NCBI RefSeq assembly: GCF_006345805.1
Contig: NC_042998.1
Location: 176,328,001 to 176,392,000 of the forward strand
Direction: 5' to 3'
Length of the DNA stretch: 64,000 bases
DNA from: Octopus sinensis
Taxonomy: Eukaryota
Under the pieces are notes generated by a model. It was given only the letters and a program-made list of their open reading frames with translations. It did not search any database and was not told the origin of the DNA. How positions within the stretch are numbered: position 1 is the stretch's first letter; each line of letters starts with the position of its first letter. Shown here piece by piece: positions 42,171 through 56,819 of this stretch. A program made the position numbers and the translations under genes.

Positions 42171-42978
42171 CACACACACACAGACACTCACACACACACA
42201 CGCATACACACACACACGTGCGCACACATACACACAACATACACACATACATACACACACAAACGCATATGTATAGGTTATTCCCATTGAAAGCAGCGTA
42301 AATAGCGAATCGCCACCTGTATATCATAATTAACGTAAATATACTGTAAGAATGCCTTAATACTGCGGCATTAATCCCGAGAAAGCATCTCGTATAGATG
42401 TATTGTACTAAAAAGTACAGCAGTATCTGTAGCAGGTGGAAAATTGTGCCGATCGGTGGTTGTACTAGATAATGTGATATTCGCAATGATGGTGGTTATC
42501 TGCCACTGATGAGCACAGATTCGTGGCAATCACAGAATCTAGCAGTTCCACCTCTCTGCTAGACATTTTTCATCTGTTACCGATACCTTCGTGAATTATA
42601 CGAGATGCTTTCTAAAAACCAATATCGCAGAATTATGATTTCTCAACGGTAAATCCAAGTTAAGTATATACGGATTGATACACACACACACATGCACATA
42701 TACAATGTGTATATTTGTGTGTGTGTGTGTATGTTTGAGTGTGAGTGTGCATGAGTGTGAAACAGTGATAGCTCCATAAGTTTAAACAATTCAATTAGTT
42801 TTCCTACGGATCCCACAGTACCCATGTCTCTACTAAAGATTTTCTTACTGCTTCCGTGTATACCAAACATTTTTCAGCGGTTATTTAGTTCAAGAGGCTA
42901 GTCCACTACATCCCGCTTATTGTGGCCGTTCTTCAAATTTTTATCAAAATTGCAGTTAATGACCAATGGATATATATA

Positions 42979-43015
<37 letters not shown>

Positions 43016-43018
<3 letters not shown>

Positions 43019-43400
43019 CTCTCCTTGTTTCTCTCCTTGTTTTTTTTCTGTGTATCTTTCTGTCGAAGAGCGTAGGCTCGAAACGTAAAAGACTTTTTCT
43101 ATTCCTATTCCTGAGTACCATACTAATACATTTGTTTGTTTGTACTCCATCTGCCTTCCGTCTTTTGTTTATTTTCGTAAACCTTCCCGTTATATATATA
43201 TATAGTAAATCCAAAAAAGAAGAACAAACACAAAAAAAAAACAACAACGCGAGGACGTGATACATGTAAATTATTCGCAGACGTTCAGGGAAGGAAAGAA
43301 AGATAGTTTAACGTTTCGAGCAACGCTCTTCTTCAGAAACAGAGGAAAGTCCAATAGAAAGGAAGACGGAGGAAGAAAATCGCCAACGATTAGGCCTTGT
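43016..43400. mobile_element. Two hammerhead-bearing short elements tail-to-tail (+ HHR 43055-43092; - HHR 43306-43340)
   Basis: + strand: tcttt-CTGTCGA-A-GAGC-gtag-GCTC-GAAA-CG-TA-aaaga. - strand: gttt-CTGAAGA-A-GAGC-gtt-GCTC-GAAA-CG-TT-aaac. They are joined by (TA)n at ~43192-43203. Confidence 0.75.
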
Positions 43401-43662
43401 TGGTGGCGCCAAAAAAGAAAAGAGAAAAAGAAAAGGAAAGAAGAGTGGAAGTAGAACAAAAGATAGGTTGAAGGTAGACGAGTTAAAGAGGAAGAGTCAC
43501 GGAACGGTGCAAATAATTCCCGATGAAAAAATATAATTCACGAGAAAACATTTGTGATATCATTGATTCTATTATTATCTAATGTAACAATTTAAAAATG
43601 ATAGCAGAATCAATATTATAGGCGATCGCAGGACCAAAAGAGCATTAAATAGCCGAAAGATT

Positions 43663-43819
43663 AAAATTAATCAAACAACATACAAAATATGTCTGCCTGT
43701 TGGAAATAATAGTCAAAACTCTTATTTAAATCTGCAAAATATTTTGGCAATTTAAAAATAATAATTTGTCAGTTATTTCCAGCAGGTAGACATACTTAGT
43801 ATGTTGTTTGATTAATTTT
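43663..43819. repeat. Inverted repeat (47-bp arms), MITE-like
   Basis: AAAATTAATCAAACAACATAC...GGAAATAA is inverted against TTATTTCC...GTATGTTGTTTGATTAATTTT. Confidence 0.7.
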
Positions 43820-44329
43820 GATATATATATATCAATGGGATAATTCACTATATGATAAAATGTTACATAATTAGTACTTTGAAGCATGCAAAAAATTAGA
43901 TAATTGCGATTTTCAGTTTAAAACTTAAGTCCCTTGAACAAAATGAAAAAGCAAGGCACATCTCGCGGTTCGTCGAAAGTATTCATTGTTGTATAGGCTT
44001 GTGTGTTTTAAAGTGGACCAGTGTATTTAGTAGTGAACCAGTGGACTTAGTAGAATTATTAAAAGCCCCAGATATACTTTGTCAAACGAGTGGATGAATT
44101 TTATGGGGGATCGTGCCGAGAAAATGTGTTTGAAACTTATTTATGCGCACTGAACCTAGAGTTGTGATACACTATGCTTTTAGAAAAGCAATTTTCGCTA
44201 AAGTGACAATTGTTATGATCCATGTTTATCCCGGGGATTTTATAAAGAAAATATCTAGCTATGTGGTTTTTTAAGGCCTATAGCTATTTGAATTGTACTA
44301 TAAGATTTTGTTAGCTATATTTTAATGTA

Positions 44330-45400
44330 ATTAGACAGTGGGGTTGGCTATATATTGCATTTTCTCTTGGAAGCTTATTGTGGAGCGCCTCATTATAGCA
44401 ATGAATGGCAATATTAAACTCATTTGCGAACAATGAGAAGATGCGTTAGAAACTAAATTTTGAAGAATATTTGACAGGTGATTAGAATCCCAATTAACAT
44501 AAAATTTCTTATTTGGTTTCCGGCATGGACTAAACCTTTTTGTTTTTAAATTTAATATCGAAAAAAGAGAATTATTAGCGTTAACTGTAACCGCTAACCT
44601 CATGTCTCAAAATAAAAATATGAGATCTTTTTTAAATCTCTCTAGTTTACGACGGTTCATATTTCACGATTCTAAAAGCACGTTTTCTCTGTAAAGTCCA
44701 TGCTAAGAAATTCTGTGTTGAAACAGTCTAAAAGAGGAATTCAATAAGCATACATTATTTACCTTTATCAGTACAACTATGGGACATCAAACAACACGTC
44801 ACCAGTTTTCTTAACTCAAGCTGGATTACCAACAGTTAACAGGAATTTACTAGAGTGCATAATAACATCAATGTTAAATTCAGTTATGGGCATCGGGATT
44901 TTAGCAAAAGTCTAAAGTAGTTTTGATAGAGCGGGATAACAGTTGATAATATTGTACTAAGCTTACCATTTAGTTTATCTATAATGTTATTAGATCATTT
45001 CATGACCAACATCCCATAAAGGATATACTGAAGCATTGTTTTTTTATTTTAAGTATAACCAAGTTTAGAATATGTTTGCTAACCTGTACTCGTTTTAGCT
45101 GGAGTAATAAATTATATTTAGGGTTACTCTGAAAAGTTGGTCATGATTCTTAAGAGTCAGATATTATATTGGTATTGATGACAATATAATTTTTGTAAAT
45201 ATTAGTGATGTTATTGGATAGAAATCTGTTGTATCTGCTTTTATCAACGCATCAGTACTATCCAGTGTGGCAGAGATTTTTGTTTTGGAATCACGTTAAA
45301 TAATTAAGTTTTGTTCAAGAAGCTTTGAAAGCCGTTATAGATCTTCCAAAGTTTAATTCGTTTTACCAGATTAAAGAGATATGCTTCTAACAGCACTAGA
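44330..45400 (-). pseudogene. Penelope-like reverse transcriptase relic
   Basis: Minus strand gives ILNLKTKRFSPCRKPNKKFYVNWDSNH (PLE P-Y-R-K-P...Y-V...S-N-H-P motif) and, upstream, ADTTDFYPIT (resembling D-I-x-D-F-Y-P-S-I). Heavily decayed. Confidence 0.6.
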
Positions 45401-46590
45401 GCTTTGATAACTGCAGATTTTTTTTTTTCTGGATTTCAATCCGAATTTATCCTCCGTATTAGCTACCAATGTGACTTTGTTAAAAAATAATAAAAAAAAG
45501 AACACCAGCTCATTTCTTTTATGAAATCTGAAATCTTTGGCTTTCCCGATTTTTCAATTTAACTTGTAAATATTATTTAAGTTTGTTATAAAATATCTTT
45601 CCAAAGTTTTGCTTTATTTTATTACTATAATCCTAAGATCGGAAACAAGAAACTCCGAGAAACTATTTATCAATAATATATGATATATTATGCTCTACAT
45701 TTGTTCCCGAGTACTCTAATTTACTCCTATTATGTTCATATATGTATGCTTAAATGTATGCAAATGTATATTTGTTCTATATGTTATATATTCATTCTTT
45801 TTCAGGGAGAGAAAAACTATCCTTCCTTCACATGCTAATTAAAACCCTGGATATACAATTATTAATATATTTATCTAAATTGATAGATGTAAGTATAAGT
45901 TGAAATTGTATTTTCTTTTCTTGTCCAACTCTGCACGCTGACGTTGTACTGTGTTGCTATCCGGAAAAAAAACGGCCTTCTATCTATTGTCTTTAAGTAT
46001 TCAGAAGGATTAATCATTGATTAGTGAAAAAACTTGTTTAATATTTTCTATGACTTGTAGATAACATTATCGTATAGAAGTAAAGCAGTTGAGACATAAG
46101 AAACAAACAATTGTCCGCATTAGTAAATACTTACGGCAAAAAGTCAGCGAAATGCAATAAATATCTTTACCTTTACTTCAGAGGAAAATAATTGATGTCA
46201 CTCTGCGAATTTTTTCTGTTGTACTTGTGCTCTGGCAAAGCAGTACACAGGTTGAAGTATGCAACGTGTAACGCAACAGATGATGAATAGCAAAACATTT
46301 TTTCTGTAGCTGATCACTTGTTACAAAATCAATGTTTCATGACTGAATTATAGTTTTGCATAAATTTGTTTTGTCTGAATTTCAAATGCTTTATTATATT
46401 CACATATATCTTTCATTGAATAGTCAAATTCAAGGTATAAGATAATTCGTAGCATTTTAATTGTTATAGGGATTATTGTTGCCGACTATCCTTAGATCCA
46501 CCCTGATTAGGCAGAAATATGCTCAAAGTCTTTCCAGACACGGCCATCCAACCCCATTGTTGATTTTTGTATTGCAGCTGATCTAAGATT

Positions 46591-47470
46591 TACATGCGGT
46601 GCATTTCAAAAGTTGTGAAACTTTTCTAGGAGAGGCAGTTACGTCTGTCCTAGATTGTTGTAATTTTAATATATCGTTGCTATATATCTGATGAGCTGAC
46701 TTCTCGATTTCTGTTATTCCAAATTGAAAGAAACGGCTGTAACAGCACTTTGAACACGTCCTGTTAAACGCTGCTTGTCACAGCTGACTAGTTTGCAAGC
46801 AGCAGCTGGGACGTGAAGACAATTTCGAAGCTCGCTGTGCAATGTTTGTGTTAAACTGTGCAAAAGTACTACAGAAACGTAGGATATGCTCCAGATTCCT
46901 TATTTGTATGAGTCGAGAATCTGTTTTTCACTGGCACAAAAGAGCAAGTAAAGCAAATCCTCCAGGAGGTTCATGATAATCCCCTTTTTCGACACCAAGA
47001 GCATCATCTACATCCAACAAGTCTTCTCTAGCTAGATGATCAACATAGAGTACTTTGTGAAGGTTTTGAGGGAGTTGAGGAAGAGAATTCGTCGCAAATA
47101 TACAGAACACTTGCATCAGGACAATATACTAGTCCACAGTTCCATTCTGGTAATCGATTATTTGACAGAGATGGGCATTATAATATCCCTCACCTTTTCT
47201 ACAATCCAGAACTTATTCTCTGTGACTTGTTGTTCCCAAGCTGAAGGGAAAAATGAAAGACGCTGACAAGAGTCCTGGGTACCATCAGCTTGGAGGACTT
47301 TTATGGGGCTTTCCCGAAGTAGTTGGAGCGCTGCAACAGGTGCATTGAGGTCAGAGATTCTTACTTTGAAGGTGATTAGAATTTTGCACTTCTTTGAAAT
47401 AACTAAACTTCTTTGAAATTATTAAACTTCTCTCCTGAAAAATCTCAAAACTTCGGGAATGCACCTTGTT
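46591..47470 (+). pseudogene. Internally deleted mariner with both TIRs (same family as 32601-33392)
   Basis: Left CGGTGCATTTCAAAAGTTGTGAAAC versus right AAAACTTCGGGAATGCACC. Contains MIIPFFDTKSII, YFVKVLRELRKRIRRK and HLHQDN. Confidence 0.85.
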
Positions 47471-48098
47471 TATCCATCAGATGAATAAAAAACAGAAGAC
47501 TGCGATTTGGTCTGAAACTGTTTTAACTGTTTTATATCCTGCCCAATAAACAGAAATTGTTGTGGGCATAACTGCTATAGTATCATTAGAGTTTCCACGT
47601 GGCTTATTACACTCAAAATTGGGAGTTCAAATTCTACCCCTGCATCGCAAAGCTTATGGGAACTTTATTGTTCGGTATTTTCTCCATTTTACTTATGCTT
47701 GTAAACTCACCGATCACCGAGAATATTTTGGTTGTTTCATATGCTGCTTAAAATAAATTCGGTAATCTACTGCACAAATAGAAAATGTTTACATATGATT
47801 TTTATTCTATTTATTACCTTGAAAATCTAAGCATTCTGTAGGTTACATAAGTACTATGCGCAATACCTTAGTTTCATGCAATGCAGATAATCAGTAATAG
47901 TTTTCATAAAGCTGAGATACGTTATCTATAATCTTATAGGTTATTTGATATATTCTTCTTCGATCTGACGTTTATTTCTCCTTTATTTTTCATATCTTAT
48001 CTCATATCTCATTTTAAAATTACTTTGTCGTTTGAAAGTTTATCATTTGGTGGTACATATACCTACCTACATACATACATACGTACGTACATACGCAG

Positions 48099-48141
<43 letters not shown>

Positions 48142-48449
48142 CCAAATCCCAGTGCACCTACGTCATAGAATTGCGCGCATGTGGCATTCAATTCCTTATT
48201 GCTGCTTTTCGAGTGTAATAGATCGTATGGGATTCTAATAAATGGCTACATGTCGTGCTTATAACCGCATTATACATAACTATAGAAATAAATGTGCACA
48301 TATGTGTATATGCACATGTACACGCGCGCTCAATCACGCACATAATCTCCAACACATACACTCAAGCACATATACTACAGTACATATGTGTGTCGATGTA
48401 TATATGTTTATATATATATATGTACGTGTGCGTATATATATTTATGCAC

Positions 48450-48497
<48 letters not shown>

Positions 48498-48684
48498 GTT
48501 TAAATATTTGTTGTGCAAGATTTTTTATGTGAAGTCGTGTGTTGAAACAGATATTGTTGTATTTAGGAATGGCCATTTTGCCAGTTTAGCCAAAATCCCT
48601 ATCACACAGCCATATGTACATACATAAATACATACACACATGCATACAAGTATATGTGTGTGTTGAATACATACATACATACAT

Positions 48685-48723
<39 letters not shown>

Positions 48724-48741
48724 CACCACACACACACACAC

Positions 48742-48799
<58 letters not shown>

Positions 48800-49096
48800 T
48801 ATATGTATGTATATAATTAAATATAGGATAAAATCTATATGAGAATTTAACAAGTATTCAGCATGAAAACCATGTAAGGGAAAATTTTATAATTATTCCC
48901 TTTAAATACATTGATAATAATAAGGGCATTACTACCCATAAATGCCTCGCGCTCTGAGGAAGTCTTAAAGTAAAAATTACCATGATAAGTATACAATGTT
49001 TATTTATTATAGTAGTTTTGATTTTAAGAATCCCTCAAAGTGGGAGGCTTTTACGTGTAGTAATGCCCTCAATATAATATAGTATAATATAATATA

Positions 49097-49151
<55 letters not shown>

Positions 49152-49201
49152 GTATATATATATATTATATATATACATATATACATATATATACATATAT
49201 A

Positions 49202-49240
<39 letters not shown>

Positions 49241-50174
49241 GTATGTATATATATGTATATATGTATCTCTCTCTGTATATATATATATATATATAATTGT
49301 GTATAAGTACACATGTATATGAATATAAGACCTGTTTTACGACAGAAAAAGAATACATGCATTTCATAAGCATGGTATGTTAGCATTGCATCACTCGTAC
49401 TTTAGCTGAGATTAGGCTTGTAGCGGTAAGATATTTCTTATGTTTAGCAACCAACACTATGATGAAATGGTTGAGTTATGTGGATGAATAGAACACAAAT
49501 GCCGTTGAAATTTAAAATGCAAAAATATCTATCTTTATCGTTAGCAAATTGTATTGTCGTTACTACCAACGAAAAGGAAAAGATGTTTACACTATCTTAA
49601 TTTGAAGTTTGTATGAGATGCTGCTGTCGAAGATGATAGTAGCCAACCTCGTTTGAGTTTAACAGACAACTGGTATAGCTGTGTCATTCTCGTCACTCTC
49701 ATCCTCATCCATTGCTATTGATTTTACGGTCAAGCGTATCGTGTGCCACTACTTCTCACGGGTTGCACTGGCTAGTGTCTAAAACACACAAAATATGTAG
49801 CTGATATGCTTATCAGAAAAAGGGCGCTAATGATTGAACTGTTTAATAAGATCCTGTTTACGAGACATTTGAGTGGTCATTTCCTTAATGACATCAATAA
49901 TTGAGATAATCATTCATGTTGTTTCAGTTGTTTTTGTATCAGATACAGTAATCCGTCTTCGATCTCTAGGTGTTTTGAGGCTGCTAAGTATCCTTGATAC
50001 AGGCTTATCCTTTCATAAGTAAATAACTCAGCAACTTGCTTTATAATCATATCATACGGATGTGTAGACTTGATATCGACTCTCTGTCTGTTAATTAAAC
50101 AATTATTTAAAATCTAGCATATGTTTGTAAAATATATATAGCTTTCATTTCTCTGTGGTTGTTTCCATTTTCAC

Positions 50175-50268
50175 TGGATGGTGATGATGATGATGATGAC
50201 GACGATGGTGGTGGTGGTGGTGGTGATGACGACATCGATGATGTTGATGATGGTGATGATGATGTTGG

Positions 50269-50303
<35 letters not shown>

Positions 50304-50370
50304 ATGATGAAGATGATGGTGATGATGATGATGATGATGATGATGGTGATGATGATTATGATTATGATGA
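50175..50370. repeat. (GAT/GGT)n trinucleotide tract
   Basis: Directly visible. It explains the poly-D/H/M ORFs. Confidence 0.95.
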
Positions 50371-50920
50371 CTCACTAGAGGCACATGAATTTCAATGAGA
50401 AGCGGTGGAGGAAGCGTTACCGAAAAAAAAGTACAAGAAATAAGTAGAAGCGAGAGTTATTTCAATGATGTGACGAAGCCTAAGAAGAATTGAGCCCACA
50501 AGAAGAAGAAGAAGAAGAAGAAGAAGAAGAGAAGAAGAAGAAGAAGAAAAGAAGAAGAAGAAGAAGAAGAAGAAATAAGTACGGTTGTAAGAATAGAAAA
50601 AAAAAGAGAACTGTAAAAAAAAAATAAAGGCTTTTTAGATAGCAATATCTGAGATGAAAGGAATCAAAATTTATTCTAGAAATTCAAACAATATCGACGT
50701 AAGCAATTCGAAAGAAAGGAGGGAAAAAAGCCCCCCACCTATTATTGAACATGTGACGTGCATGATGTTGCATGTATATAAGACATTATGCAATATCACT
50801 TATGTAAGTTTAGCACTTAATATAACCGTCAAACATCTGCACACAAACACGCATGCATATACATGCATGCATGCATGCAAAAAAAAAAATAAATAAATGA
50901 ATGATGATAATGCAAGACTT

Positions 50921-51070
50921 TGAACATTGGTCTGTAAGAAACAGACATTTATGTAAACATCTACTGATATACGCACACAGATACACAAACACACAAACAC
51001 ACACACATCCATCCATCCTTCCATCCATCCTTCCTTCCATCCATACGTATATACATACATACATCATACA

Positions 51071-51104
<34 letters not shown>

Positions 51105-51415
51105 CATATATATGTGTTTGTGTGTTTGTGTGTATATATGTATGAATGTATCACTTCCCGAGCGTTCAACTATTACATGTTTTCGTATGTTTTCGTTGTT
51201 TAACACCCATCTTCGTCTTTTGTTTTTTTTTTTGTTTTTTAAATTCTAACTATATATATGTAGGTATGTATATATATATATGTATATGTATATATGTATG
51301 CTTAAATATAAGAGACCAAGTATGTATATATGTATGTATGTATGTATCTATCTATATATGCATATAAAGAAAATAGAGAATTGTAAATTGTTATATATAT
51401 CTTCCTTTTCTATTT

Positions 51416-51487
<72 letters not shown>

Positions 51488-51677
51488 CATATCTACATGC
51501 ATATGTTTGTATGTATATATGTATAGAGACACTGAACATTGGTCTGTAAGAAACAGACATTTATGTAAACATCTACTGATATACGCACACAGATACACAA
51601 ACACACAAACACACACATACATCCATCCATCCATTCATCCTTCCATCCGTACGTACGTACATACATACATACATACA

Positions 51678-51708
<31 letters not shown>

Positions 51709-52013
51709 GTGTTTGTGTGTATGTGTGTATATATGTATGTATGTATCACTTCCCGAGCGTTCAACTATTACATGTTTTCGTTGTTTAACACCCATCTTCG
51801 TCTTTTGTTTTTTTTGTTTGTTTTTTAAATTCTAACTATATATATGTAAGTATGTATATATATATATATATATGTATATGTATATACATATGCTTAAATA
51901 TAAGAGACCAAGTATGTATATATGTATGTACGTATCTATATATGCATATAAAGAAAATAGGGAATTGGAAATTGTTATATATATCTTCCTTTTCTATTTT
52001 ATACACATACACA

Positions 52014-52090
<77 letters not shown>

Positions 52091-52132
52091 ATCTATATGC
52101 ATATGTTTGTATGCATATATGTATAGAGACAC
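50921..52132 (+). repeat. Tandem duplication of a ~612-bp microsatellite-rich unit
   Basis: TGAACATTGGTCTGTAAG occurs at 50921 and 51533. The copies differ by several substitutions. Confidence 0.92.
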
Positions 52133-52480
52133 ATTTAAATGCAGATACATATATATGTGCATGTATGTGTGATGTGTTTGTATACACACACACATACGCA
52201 CACACACACATTAATATATATATATATGTGCATATGTATATACTTATAAGTATGTATGTGTGTAAAAGTTAGGCTAACATCTTAGATCTACTTTAAGAAC
52301 AACCATGGAACTGTTGCTGTTAGGACGATTTAATACTGAGAGTAGAGTCAAATTCATGATTAATTTCGTGTTGACTGGGACTTCAAGCCTGACGGCTCAT
52401 TCATCCAATCACATCGACCCGAATGGATACGCTTTTAGGCAAAACATGACGGCCTTCTCAATAGAAACTATAATTATACA

Positions 52481-52514
<34 letters not shown>

Positions 52515-52568
52515 CATACATACATACATCCATCCATCCATCCATCCATACATACATACATACATACA

Positions 52569-52603
<35 letters not shown>

Positions 52604-52649
52604 GTATGTGTGTGTATGTGTATGTGTGTGTGTGTGTGCGCGTGTAGAG

Positions 52650-52985
52650 GTGGGTGGGCAAATTAAAATACCTGACATAGAAATCCTTGCAAAGGCAGCA
52701 TGCACAAGCAATGAGTCACTCCTCATATCCATTCATATAAGTCAGATAGGCCATGATGTACGTATGGAAAATAACAGTTTTTTCCTGGCAGCTGTTCCTC
52801 AGTGAACTGCGCCTAGGAAAGCGTCCTCGGGCCAAACCAAGGAAAAGGTACAATTGCTGTATAAAAGGTAATCTAGAACTTCGAACGGTTATAAAGAACT
52901 GACAAGAGTTTGCTGTGGAAAGAGCTGAATGGAGGCAACATATATTAGGTAACGTAGTGAAACTTTTGAAGATGATCACCTTCTA
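52650..52985 (+). pseudogene. 3' fragment of an RTE-clade LINE
   Basis: KIPDIEILAKA...IGHDVRMEN then, after a frameshift, QLFLSELRLGKRPRAKPRKRYNCCIK. This matches the RTE GHVxRM...GKRxxGRPxKR C-terminus. Confidence 0.85.
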
Positions 52986-53327
52986 CTATTTGAATTCCTA
53001 TGAAAGAGCAATTATATGCAATGGCCTCCCTCTTAAACCAAGTAATTCAACGTGTGTAATAAGTTGAAAATTTTGCATATCGATTATAGGCCTGAAAAGA
53101 CATATGACAGTACACAAGCATCATATTCCACAAAGTGACCCGAACTGTTCAGTAGATTTACAACTTTCGTCCGTCACTCGTGCATCAAATTATGCAGATC
53201 TGCAGCGAGATCTGCAACGAGATCTAAGTCATCTGAGAAGCCATAGACGGAAGGTCAGAAAATGACACTGACAACGAGGAAGAATAATAAAACGGTAATA
53301 ATCAGTGAAGATGAAGAACCCAATTAG

Positions 53328-53358
<31 letters not shown>

Positions 53359-53373
53359 TATATATAATATATA

Positions 53374-53409
<36 letters not shown>

Positions 53410-53413
<4 letters not shown>

Positions 53414-53545
53414 CGGAAGGTTTACGAAAATAAACAAAAGACGATGGCAGGTGGAGTACAAACAAACAAATGTATTAGTATGGTGCTCAGGAATAGAAAT
53501 ATTTGACAGAAAGATACACAGAAAAAAACAAGGAGAGCGAAAGTG
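53410..53545 (-). mobile_element. Copy of the 43016-type short element with the hammerhead core deleted
   Basis: Matches the reverse complement of 43030-43190 except for the GAAGAGC...GAAACGTAAAAGAC segment. Confidence 0.7.
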
Positions 53546-53602
53546 ACAGTTTTTACAAACAAGTTCAAGGTTAAAAGTTCGTAGACGTCGTGGTGTATTT
53601 CA

Positions 53603-53675
<73 letters not shown>

Positions 53676-54154
53676 TATTTATATATATATATACACACAC
53701 AGTTATTGTTTCATCTTTATGAATGAAAATGTGTGTAAGACTGTTTCTGAATACGTTTAAGTGTGAGTGCATGTTGCTGCGCTGGCGCAAAATTGTTTTT
53801 ATTCACTGATTTCATTAAGCTGTAATTCGTTATGGATGAAAACTGCAAAGATATATGATTTTTCATATGCCAATACTGGGAACAACTTTTCACCCGATGA
53901 TAAAAACGTCCTACAGCAACATTCTAATTCCCTACTCTCCGGCAAAGTTATGATTCTCTCATGCATTAGTTTAGAAGAAAATGAAAATTGCATAGGAATA
54001 ACCTGTGATGAGAATAGCTAGTTTGAAATCACGCAATTTAAGAAACACCAAGGCAAAATTAGGACATGTGGATTGCTATATGATGAAACTATTTGCTATT
54101 TGAAGATCCCTTAGTGTATTAGATCTTATAAAAACATATGTACTGGCTGAGCTT

Positions 54155-54740
<586 letters not shown>

Positions 54741-55379
54741 GTGAGAGAGAGAGGGGGGGAATGGGGGAAAGCAGATCGACATACAAACAGAGAAAGGAGT
54801 ATGGGAGGGGTGTAGGAACATTAAAAACGGAAGAGAACTGATTGTAGATGTCGACTAAGACCTCGCAAATATTAACACCAGAATCATACCTACGTTTCCA
54901 ACTTTTGTATTCTTATCTTCCGTTTGAGAAGATACTATTAAAATCTATGAATACTAAACTGCTATGCTTTGCATGTTGCTGTTTCTCGGTCAGCAGCTAT
55001 CCACAGTTTGACAAAGCTAAAAGGTATTTAGATATGTTCTTATCCATTGACACAAATACAGAATCAGATAGGAAGTACATATGTATGACACCAAATGTAG
55101 AGATAATGATACAGTATCGCCCATATCATCATCATCAACAAGAACAGTAACAACAGCAACAACCATGGTCGTGAGAAATCAAATGATGAAATTGCTGTAC
55201 ATTCGTTTTCTTTTAAATTGCTTGAAATAACAGCCAAATCTTTTAAAAGTTGCACTCCTCGGCATCTTATAAATGCGAAGGACATACATATAAGATACAT
55301 TACGTAAGAAAAACTGATAGGATTGAGACAACTGAAACATATTTGACAATCTCTTTATCTATTTCTCTCTCTCTCTTTT

Positions 55380-55586
55380 GTGACCGCGTGTGTACCGTTG
55401 CCGATTTTTTTCCCTCCGTCTTCCCTTCTCTGGATCTTTCCTTTTCTTATGTTTCTGACGAAGAGCTCCGCTCGAAACGTTAAACCCTCCTTCTTCCCTT
55501 CCTTCCTGAACGTCCAATATTACTATATTTGTTCCACGTCCTCGCGTTGTTGTGTTTTCTCTTTGTGTTTTCATGTTTGGATTAAC
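55380..55586 (+). mobile_element. Short element with canonical hammerhead (55451-55485)
   Basis: gttt-CTGACGA-A-GAGC-tcc-GCTC-GAAA-CG-TT-aaac, followed by (TA)n. Confidence 0.78.
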
Positions 55587-55648
55587 TTTATATATATATA
55601 TATATATAATGGCGGTGCCCCAGCATGGCCACAGCTCGTGAGATATAA

Positions 55649-55695
<47 letters not shown>

Positions 55696-56533
55696 TATCA
55701 CTCTCTCTGTCTTGCGTTCTTTCTTCAAACGTTAACCAATGGCTAAACGAAAATCAACAACACACAGGCCACCACTATCACCACAATATCAACACTACTA
55801 TCAACAACACTCTCCTCACAACCCATCACAGCCACCACTCACTTCCACACAAACAACTACACACAACTGGTGTGTGACATAATAGTGAAGATTTCCAGTA
55901 GCTATAGTCCTGCTGAACTCACTGTTGTTTCAATTTGTGGGTATAAGACGAGACGCTAACGGGTATTTCGTTTCTAAGACAGTAAGAAAGATATTTAGGA
56001 TTAAAAAAATTGGCTGTTATTTCTACCATCTTGGTGTGACCACGTAGGTGTTCCTTTGTTCGCACAAGATTTGAAGACAAGGGATAACTCGTGAATATCT
56101 ATTAAAGATATTTCATTTAGCCCTGGCTTTAAAGACATTTACTTTTCACTGGTCCCGACTAGGCAGTAATTTTCGAAATATCTCATATGTATATATATAT
56201 ACATATATATATATAATTATAACAATGAGGGTCTTTGCAACAAGTTGCTAGACCACATACCGAAAGTATTAGAAATAGCAGCCAGAGGACTGTTATTTCT
56301 TTTACTACAAAAATATGCCCCCATCGACAGCAGTATTTGTAACTCATTATATGGCAAAAAAAACAAAAAAACGAAGAAAAATAACGAAATCAAACAGTCC
56401 ACGGTCAATAATGGACGCATACGTTTCTGGATTAGAATCAAAGATTCATTTCCTTCATCAACATAATATTCCGATAAATCTAGAAATGTTAGGAAATCTT
56501 ACCCTCCATATTTCCGACCAGGCGACATCGAGG

Positions 56534-56568
<35 letters not shown>

Positions 56569-56647
56569 ATATTAGAAAAAAAACACCCTTTATCAATTCA
56601 AAATGAATAATTAAATTTTATATGTATATTGTATTGTGTGGAATTTG

Positions 56648-56709
56648 ATTTAGTATTTCTAAATTGAATTCATTTTCCTTGTAAGTTTGGATTTTATTCC
56701 CTCAAATAA

Positions 56710-56751
<42 letters not shown>

Positions 56752-56819
56752 TAATTATTATTTGAGGGAATAAAATCCAAACTTACAAGGAAAATGAATT
56801 CAATTTAGAAATACTAAAT
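56648..56819. repeat. Perfect 68-bp inverted repeat around (AT)n
   Basis: Arms at 56648-56715 and 56752-56819. Confidence 0.9.

Noticed and set aside
50159-50398. Acidic poly-Asp ORF
   Set aside because: It is a (GAT)n microsatellite; all frames give homopolymeric peptides.
56315-56569. KIHFLHQH resembling a Chapaev motif
   Set aside because: Only a short match without the surrounding motifs. The segment is better explained by the opposite-strand hammerhead-like element.
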